From NCBI GenBank assembly GCA_963663995.1, contig OY760660.1:1800001-1832000 (forward strand): a stretch of 32,000 bases of DNA. Direction: 5' to 3'. Position 1 is the first letter of the stretch. Every line of letters starts with the position of its first letter. Made by a program: the position numbers and the translations under genes. The notes under the pieces are model-generated. The model was not told the origin of the DNA. It saw nothing but the letters and a program-made list of their open reading frames with translations, and did no database searches. Source of the DNA: Erysipelotrichaceae bacterium. GTDB lineage: Bacteria; Bacillota_I; Bacilli_A; Erysipelotrichales; Erysipelotrichaceae. Below, one piece after another: positions 26,168 to 32,000 of this stretch.

Positions 26168-26989
26168 ATGAAAGTTGCGCTAATTTACGATTTCGATAAA
26201 ACATTATCAACGCATGATATGCAAGAGTTTGGTTATTTTGATGACTTAGGTTTAAAAAGTTCCGATAACTTTTGGGCAGAAGTCGAAGAACTTTGTCAAA
26301 AGGAACATATGGATCACATTTTAACTTATCTCTACCATATGGTTGAATCTTCTAAAGCTAAAGGAATTGCGATTACCCGGGAAAGACTAGCCAGTTATGG
26401 ACCAAAAATTGAATTCTTTGAAGGTGTTTTAGATTGGTTTGAATTGATTAACAATGAAGGCTTAAAAAGAGGGATAGAAATAGAACACTATATTATCTCT
26501 TCTGGTTTAACTGAAATAATTGAAAACACAGCTATCGCAAAATATTTTAGAAAAGTATTTGCATGTGAGTTTTTATACGATGCAAAAGGTGAAGCAATTT
26601 GGCCAAAACTATCTGTTAACTACACCATGAAAACGCAATTTGTTTTTAGGATAAATAAGAATATTTTAGAGATTGAAAATGACAATGATTTAAATCAACA
26701 TTTAGAAGAACATTTAAAATACATGCCTTTTACAAATATGATTTATATTGGTGATGGTTTCACTGATGTCCCAAGTATGAAACTGATTCGCTCAAATGGT
26801 GGATATGCGATTGCGGTATATCATAAAGGACAAAATCAAAAAGATGTCAGTGAACAACTTTTAGAACATCAACGTGTAAATTTTATTGCACCTGCGGACT
26901 ATCGAAAAGATCAAAGATTACATGGATTGATCAATGCAATTCTTGATCAACTGAGTTCACAAAAACATCTGAGAGATCTACAAAAATGA
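26168..26989 (+). CDS. HAD-superfamily (subfamily IB-like) hydrolase/phosphatase
   Basis: Motif I YDFDKTLS (DxDxT), motif II ISSG, a Lys in YTMKTQ, and motif IV IGDGFTDVPSM. Confidence 0.8.
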   Translation: MKVALIYDFDKTLSTHDMQEFGYFDDLGLKSSDNFWAEVEELCQKEHMDHILTYLYHMVESSKAKGIAITRERLASYGPKIEFFEGVLDWFELINNEGLKRGIEIEHYIISSGLTEIIENTAIAKYFRKVFACEFLYDAKGEAIWPKLSVNYTMKTQFVFRINKNILEIENDNDLNQHLEEHLKYMPFTNMIYIGDGFTDVPSMKLIRSNGGYAIAVYHKGQNQKDVSEQLLEHQRVNFIAPADYRKDQRLHGLINAILDQLSSQKHLRDLQK

Positions 26990-27717
26990 GTACACAAAAT
27001 TCAGAACGCTTTTTAAATGCCTTTAGTAAAATTGAGAATGAAATGGCACGTCGTATGCATTCAACGCGATATATTTCCTATGCTGAAATGGCAAGAAGTC
27101 TGGCAAAAGTTGATAAAACTTATCGCCGTTATCGTCGTTATCTTGAAGAGTTTGGTGATTTAAGGAATGCGATTGTTCATGAAAGAATTGATGGCGAAGT
27201 GATTGCTGAACCACATTTAAAAGAAGTTGAAAAAATCGAACAAATTGCACAGATATTAACTCAACCAGAAATGGTGTTTCCTCGTTTTCAAAAGAAAGTT
27301 GAAATTGCCTATCTAGATGAAAAACTGTCTGACGTTATCAATCGCATGAAACCAAAACGTTTCTCTAAACTGCCAGTATATGATCGACATGGTGCCTATG
27401 TGGGTTTACTAACAACAGACGCCTTTAGTTATTTTGTGGTTGATCATATTAAAGATGTAATGTGTGAAATCCCTGATGCACAAGTTAAAGAAGTTATTGA
27501 ATTTGACCAAAAGGGAAGACATGTTCGCTTTATTTCAAAAAATTCCACTCTTGTAGAAGTCATGATGGAATTTGAACAGGCACTTCATACAGGGATGCGC
27601 TTAAATGAAATTCTAATAACTGAACATGGCGAAAAACACGAGAAACCGATTGGAATTATATCTGTATCTGATTTGCCAAGTATTTATGATATTGTAAACA
27701 AAAACTTAATCTTATAA
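26986..27717 (+). CDS. HEPN-like (RNAIVH, Rx4H) N-terminal domain fused to a CBS pair
   Basis: The ATGA junction overlaps the HAD gene. The alpha-helical N-terminus of about 95 aa ends in FGDLRNAIVHE. Two CBS motifs follow (KLPVYDRHGAYVGLLTTD; ILITEHGEKHEKPIGIISVSDL). Confidence 0.6.
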   Translation: MSTQNSERFLNAFSKIENEMARRMHSTRYISYAEMARSLAKVDKTYRRYRRYLEEFGDLRNAIVHERIDGEVIAEPHLKEVEKIEQIAQILTQPEMVFPRFQKKVEIAYLDEKLSDVINRMKPKRFSKLPVYDRHGAYVGLLTTDAFSYFVVDHIKDVMCEIPDAQVKEVIEFDQKGRHVRFISKNSTLVEVMMEFEQALHTGMRLNEILITEHGEKHEKPIGIISVSDLPSIYDIVNKNLIL

Positions 27718-27720
27718 TTA

Positions 27721-27749
27721 AAATCGTGCGTTTGCACGATTTTAATTTT
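27721..27749. terminator. Bidirectional terminator between the convergent genes
   Basis: AAATCGTGC-gttt-GCACGATTT flanked by A/T runs. Confidence 0.8.
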
Positions 27750-28353
27750 AGATATCAATTTCGATTAAGTTGACGTAAATAATGAGGTAATTACTGATCA
27801 ATTTTGAAATGATTTTTTTATTATGGGGATAATTATTAATAGCTTCAATAACACCTGCAATTAAAGAACTGGAAAACATTTTTAAAAGTTGTTGACCTTC
27901 TTCATCCAATTCATCACTGATTGGAAAGTAGTTTTTTAGTAGAGCTTGAAGGAATAATGAAACACGATGAGAAATATTGTTAGAAAGACTTGGTTCATTA
28001 AAAATGATTTGGATTTCTTTGTAATGATGCTGTAGTAATCCACTAATGTTTTCAATTGCAGGTTCTATGTTTGAAACAATGAAAGCTTTAACATCACTAG
28101 TGGTTGGATGAACCAATTTGATTTGATCAAAAGGCATGTTAAGAAAAGAATCTAAGTGTTCAAATACTGGATTAAAAATTTCATGTTCAATCTCTTCTTT
28201 ACTTTTAAAATAGCGATAAACATTTCCGACAACCATATTTGATTTAAGAGCAACCTTGCGCATTGATAGAGCTTGATAGCCTTCTTTATGCATGATTTCG
28301 ATTGCGTTCTTAATTATCTTCGTTCTCGATTGTGGGTTGAGTAGTCGTGCCAT
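27748..28353 (-). CDS. TetR/AcrR family transcriptional regulator (last gene of the efflux operon)
   Basis: N-terminal HTH IIKNAIEIMHKEGYQALSMRKVALKSNMVVGNVYRYFKSKEEI. An AGGAG RBS and the ATG lie inside the last 44 nt of the RND gene. Confidence 0.88.
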   Translation of the reverse strand: MARLLNPQSRTKIIKNAIEIMHKEGYQALSMRKVALKSNMVVGNVYRYFKSKEEIEHEIFNPVFEHLDSFLNMPFDQIKLVHPTTSDVKAFIVSNIEPAIENISGLLQHHYKEIQIIFNEPSLSNNISHRVSLFLQALLKNYFPISDELDEEGQQLLKMFSSSLIAGVIEAINNYPHNKKIISKLISNYLIIYVNLIEIDI

Positions 28354-31300
28354 TATTTTCTCCTTTCTTATTTTCTAAGTATTGATTAATTAATTCTCGT
28401 AGATTTTTGTTTGACTTTTTTAGAGGTAAGTCTAGCCCGTAAGATTGAGCAAGCTGAATGAGTTGGAGTTTGTGGAAAGAGCTCATGTCATTTGGGTCCA
28501 CCACAACCATGGAATAGAGCACTGGTACGACAACCATCGTTAGAATAGTTGAGAAAAGTAGTCCAAATAGAAGTACTAATGCCATTGGAGCACTGAGTGG
28601 ATCATTGGATATAATCAGTGGTACTAAACCAATACAAGTTGTAATGGTACTTAATGTTATCGCACGATATCTCTTATCAACAGCTGTCACACAAGCATCA
28701 TGAACGGAATAGCCTAATTTAATTTGTGAATCCATAACCTCTACTAATATAATTCCGTTATTGACAACTATACCAATTAAACTAACTAGTCCTAGTAATG
28801 CCATGGCTTGTAAATCGATGTTAAAGATATACAAACCTAAGAATGAGCCAATAAAAGAAAGTGGAATACTAACAAGTATAATCAGTGGTTTAAGCATCTT
28901 ATCAAATTGGATTAATAAGACGATATAAATCAGAATGATGGATATTCCACCTGCCACGGCTAAGTTAGATATGAGGGCCATCATTTGTGTCATTTCACCA
29001 TTAAATCTTACATTAACACCATTTGGCATAATGTCTTCAATCTCTTTTTTATAAGTTGCTTCGATATCTGATGATTTATAGCCTGATTTTAAGTCACTCA
29101 TAACCGTGATTGAACGCTCTCTGTCCGTTCTTTGAATAATTGGGATAGAAGAACTAAGTTCAATGTCTGCAAATTGATTTAAGAGGACTTGGGTATCAGT
29201 GACCGATGAACTGATGGGTAAGCGATAGAGATCATCTAAGTTTTCAATATTACTCTTTACGATAATCGGCATTTCATTACCACCAACAATATAATTGGAT
29301 GTTTCTGCACCCATTAAAGCTGTATTAATTTGTTTAACAACATCGTATTTTAAAACACCCATTAAGTTAACAACATCTGAATCAATGACGACATTGTATT
29401 CATAATTTTTTCCAACAAAGTCATCACGAACATTGATCGTTCCATCGATAGAATTAAGAATCGCTTCAGATTCTAATGCGAAATCTTGTAATACATCTAA
29501 ATCGTCACCATAAAGTTCAATGGCTATTTTCGCATCAGTTGGCATCGAGATTTCTAAGTATTTTACTTCAACTTTTGCGCCAACAATATCTTGATTAAAA
29601 CGCTCTTGTAGATATGAGCCAAAGGCTTGGTTAGAGGTGTATTCACTAGACTCTTCATCCAGTTCGATCATAATTTGGGACGTATCACTTGATTCAGTTT
29701 GGGTTGGTACAGTTAAAAAGAATTTTGGTAAACCTTTACCCACAGAACTCGTATAATGTTTTACAAGTGTCTCTTCCTCAAGAATAGCTTGAATATCATT
29801 TACTATTTCTTGTGTTTTATCAAAATTCATTCGTTCATTTTTTATGTTGACATAAATGATTGGTTTATCAGAATAAGGGAAAAACGTCATTCCTAAACTA
29901 AAGACTAAAATAACCGCAATAATTAAAGTTGAAAAAGAAGTAATAATCGTAATTTTTCGATGCTTTAGGCCATAAGCTAAAGTCTTATTAAAAGCACCTT
30001 TGATTAATGATTCTTTCTTTTCTATTTTATGTTCTGCTTCTTTAGTAAAAAAGACAGCTGCAAAAACAGGCAAGATAAACATTGCGACAATATATGAGGC
30101 TACTAATGAAGTGATAACAACAATTGGAATTGTCGCAACAATATCACCCACAGCTCCAGGTATGAATAAAAGGATACCGAAGGTAATAATGGTAGTTAGA
30201 GTGGAAGTAAATACTGGAGCAGCCGTTTCATGAATAGCTGATTCGATAGCTTCTTTCTTAGTGTAATCTTCATTCAGTTTTTGTTGAATAGCATCACTGA
30301 CGACAATCGCATTATCAACAAGAATACCTAATGAGACAATCAAAGCCATAATAGAAATAAAGTGAAATTCAATACCAAGAAGATACATGACAAAGAATGT
30401 CGCAAATATGGATAAAGGTAAGGCAATAGATACAACAATCGCATTTTTCAGTTTTACACCAATCATTACGACAATAATGATTAAGGCAATTGATTGTAGT
30501 AGATTAATGATAAAATCTGTAACGGATTGATCGATATCCTCTGAAGAATAGAGAACTTCATGATATTCAATGTTGGGAGGTAATTCTAATTTAGCTTGAT
30601 CGATCACTTTACGGACATCATTGCCAATTAAAACATCATTTACATTGTCACTAAAATACCCAGTTAAAAGAATGGCGCTTTGTCCATCTTGCATATAAGA
30701 ATAGCCTTCAGCATAATCAATATAGACGTCGGCAATATCTTTAAGTTGTACAAATCCAATCGTATCTTCGCTACTACCTGCAACAACAATGTTTTCAATA
30801 TCTTTTAAAGAAGAGAAGGTTGAAGGCGTATTGACATTTATGATGCCTGACTCATATTGAATAGAACCAGATGGAATCGATAAATTTTGTGCCTTCATTA
30901 AGTCGGCAATATTCTCAATTGAAATGTTATAGAGATTTAAGTCATCGATATCAACAACAACATTGACCTGTTTATCTAATTGTCCTTCAATATCAATACG
31001 TTCCACACCATCAACGGCTAATACAGATTCTTTAATTTCTTCTGCATAAGTGACTAAATCCTCTTGGGAATAATCTTCACCTGATAAAGCGATAATAAAT
31101 TGAGGGTTAACAGCTAGGTCAGTTGTTACATTGGGCTCATAAGCCATATCAGGCAATATGCTTTTCACATCATCAATTTTTTGACGAAGTAATGGTAAAA
31201 CTTCATCTGGGTTTGCATCTGTATCAAAAAGTACAACCACCACAGAAGCAGAATTCATAGACATTGAATCTAATGTTTGAATACTTCCTACTTCATTGAC

Positions 31301-31513
31301 CGCATCTTCAATTTTTGTGGTAACCATTTTCTCAACTTCTTGTGCGGTTGCCCCAGGATACACGGTGCTGATGATTGCGCCAGGTAAAGAAGTATCAGGA
31401 TTTTCTTGTTTTGGAATGATGTAGTAACTATAAATTCCAGCTAAAACCCATAGACCAAGCAAAATGAAAACAATGACTTTACGCTTGATCATCTCATTGA
31501 TGATTCTAATCAT
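28310..31513 (-). CDS. RND-superfamily efflux permease (AcrB/SwrC-like, 12 TM) with a C-terminal hydrophilic extension
   Basis: 1067 aa with two large extracytoplasmic loops and two 6-TM bundles, as in typical AcrB-family topology. The ATGA junction overlaps the adaptor gene. Confidence 0.9.
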   Translation of the reverse strand: MIRIINEMIKRKVIVFILLGLWVLAGIYSYYIIPKQENPDTSLPGAIISTVYPGATAQEVEKMVTTKIEDAVNEVGSIQTLDSMSMNSASVVVVLFDTDANPDEVLPLLRQKIDDVKSILPDMAYEPNVTTDLAVNPQFIIALSGEDYSQEDLVTYAEEIKESVLAVDGVERIDIEGQLDKQVNVVVDIDDLNLYNISIENIADLMKAQNLSIPSGSIQYESGIINVNTPSTFSSLKDIENIVVAGSSEDTIGFVQLKDIADVYIDYAEGYSYMQDGQSAILLTGYFSDNVNDVLIGNDVRKVIDQAKLELPPNIEYHEVLYSSEDIDQSVTDFIINLLQSIALIIIVVMIGVKLKNAIVVSIALPLSIFATFFVMYLLGIEFHFISIMALIVSLGILVDNAIVVSDAIQQKLNEDYTKKEAIESAIHETAAPVFTSTLTTIITFGILLFIPGAVGDIVATIPIVVITSLVASYIVAMFILPVFAAVFFTKEAEHKIEKKESLIKGAFNKTLAYGLKHRKITIITSFSTLIIAVILVFSLGMTFFPYSDKPIIYVNIKNERMNFDKTQEIVNDIQAILEEETLVKHYTSSVGKGLPKFFLTVPTQTESSDTSQIMIELDEESSEYTSNQAFGSYLQERFNQDIVGAKVEVKYLEISMPTDAKIAIELYGDDLDVLQDFALESEAILNSIDGTINVRDDFVGKNYEYNVVIDSDVVNLMGVLKYDVVKQINTALMGAETSNYIVGGNEMPIIVKSNIENLDDLYRLPISSSVTDTQVLLNQFADIELSSSIPIIQRTDRERSITVMSDLKSGYKSSDIEATYKKEIEDIMPNGVNVRFNGEMTQMMALISNLAVAGGISIILIYIVLLIQFDKMLKPLIILVSIPLSFIGSFLGLYIFNIDLQAMALLGLVSLIGIVVNNGIILVEVMDSQIKLGYSVHDACVTAVDKRYRAITLSTITTCIGLVPLIISNDPLSAPMALVLLFGLLFSTILTMVVVPVLYSMVVVDPNDMSSFHKLQLIQLAQSYGLDLPLKKSNKNLRELINQYLENKKGENNGTTTQPTIENEDN

Positions 31514-32000
31514 TCGCTTATGACCTCAACTAAATTACCAGGTTTAACAGACTTCATGCCACTGGTAATGAGTAAATCACCCGCTTGTAAGCCTTCGACT
31601 AAAACATAATCATTATCAATGTGTTTCGTTATAATAATTTTCTTTTTAACACGATTATCTTTAATAACAAATACATAGTCTTCACCATCATTTTGAATAA
31701 CACGAATTGGAATCCAGATGCCTTGTGTTTTTCCAACATCAATATTTACAACTGAACTCTCACCAATGTAAAAGTTTAATAAGTCTTCAGGAAAGGCAAT
31801 ATTTGTTTCATACGTACGCGAAGATGAGTCTGGAATTCTTGAGATATCTAAAACTTCACCATCAAAGTTTAAATCGCCAATCTTAACATTAGCCGCCATG
31901 CCTGTTTCGACTTTCCGTACATTATCTTGTGAGAGACCAATCGTCACAACAGTTTCAGATGTTCCCAAAACCATTACCGGAATCAGTGGATTTGCGGTTT
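31510..32000 (-). CDS. Efflux RND transporter periplasmic adaptor (MFP) subunit, C-terminal part; 5' end lies beyond the window
   Basis: The frame stays open to the window edge (TANPLIPVMVLG...). It has a beta-barrel/MP-domain-like sequence and is translationally coupled to the RND pump. Confidence 0.8.
   Translation of the reverse strand, partial: TANPLIPVMVLGTSETVVTIGLSQDNVRKVETGMAANVKIGDLNFDGEVLDISRIPDSSSRTYETNIAFPEDLLNFYIGESSVVNIDVGKTQGIWIPIRVIQNDGEDYVFVIKDNRVKKKIIITKHIDNDYVLVEGLQAGDLLITSGMKSVKPGNLVEVISE

Noticed and set aside
3378-30233. Twelve ORF-track entries nested inside or antisense to larger genes: 3378-3566(-), 7368-7724(-), 7495-7737(-), 8661-9005(-), 11267-11482(-), 16861-17058(-), 17680-17865(-), 19988-20200(-), 20859-21287(+), 23095-23412(-), 27023-27250(-), 30000-30233(+).
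   Set aside because: Each lies wholly within a gene that has strong family motifs on the other strand or frame. They have low-complexity or odd composition, no RBS and no recognisable motifs. They are typical shadow ORFs of AT-rich DNA.
1-32000. Alternative genetic code (TGA = Trp, as in many Mollicutes), considered because of the very low GC content.
   Set aside because: TGA terminates several genes at family-typical lengths (the response regulator at 12041, the HAD hydrolase at 26989, the MFP adaptor at 31510). Conserved genes show no in-frame TGA. The standard bacterial code fits.
1-32000. Scan for CRISPR arrays, rRNA/tRNA genes, IS elements, integrases and phage genes.
   Set aside because: No regularly spaced repeats, no rRNA/tRNA-like sequence (no GGTTCGAATCC-type T-arms) and no transposase or recombinase motifs were seen in any of the listed ORFs.

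Overview
Low-GC (about one-third G+C by eye) bacterial chromosomal segment. It uses the standard code: TGA closes several well-conserved genes. The composition and gene content look Firmicutes/Tenericutes-like, which is inference only. The window is almost fully coding, with about 36 credible protein genes. I found no rRNA, tRNA, CRISPR array, transposase or integrase.

Layout:
- 1-6 kb: a cysK-like gene plus luxS, then a cluster of small metal-flavoured proteins (a His-rich mini-protein whose C-terminus matches the last TM helix of a P1B-ATPase, and two SHOCT-domain membrane proteins). After these come an HD-GYP phosphodiesterase, ldh, and a small TM1266-like putative [FeFe]-hydrogenase-system regulator.
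- 6.0-14.8 kb: a copper-homeostasis block. It holds copA, a degenerate frameshifted Cys-less csoR-like gene, a small His-tailed membrane protein, an HMA-DsbD_2-cupredoxin fusion, a copZ cut by a nonsense codon plus coding debris, an OmpR/HK pair, a CueP-like protein and a decayed HD-GYP pseudogene. The block is bracketed by a 33-bp direct repeat with a 22-bp perfect core that ends like a tRNA 3' end.
- 14.9-32 kb: PII, a YdeI-like gene, an hsp20 behind two CIRCE operators, a membrane protein + XRE pair, a YbaK-like deacylase, a BadF-type kinase + oxidoreductase, and uppP. Then a Rex-box candidate ahead of an [FeFe]-hydrogenase-like gene + 2-hydroxyacid dehydrogenase, a CBS-PPase, and a Gfo/Idh/MocA oxidoreductase. 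Last come a NUDIX hydrolase divergent from a HAD-hydrolase / HEPN-like-CBS two-gene operon, and an MFP-RND-TetR efflux operon.

Most worth following up:
- the repeat-bracketed, integrase-less, decaying copper island
- the NUDIX / HAD / HEPN(RNAIVH)-CBS cluster as a possible nucleotide-sensing RNase module
- the His-rich mini P1B-ATPase-like protein with the Met/Gly/Tyr-rich SHOCT pair

All family assignments come from motifs read by eye. No database search was possible.
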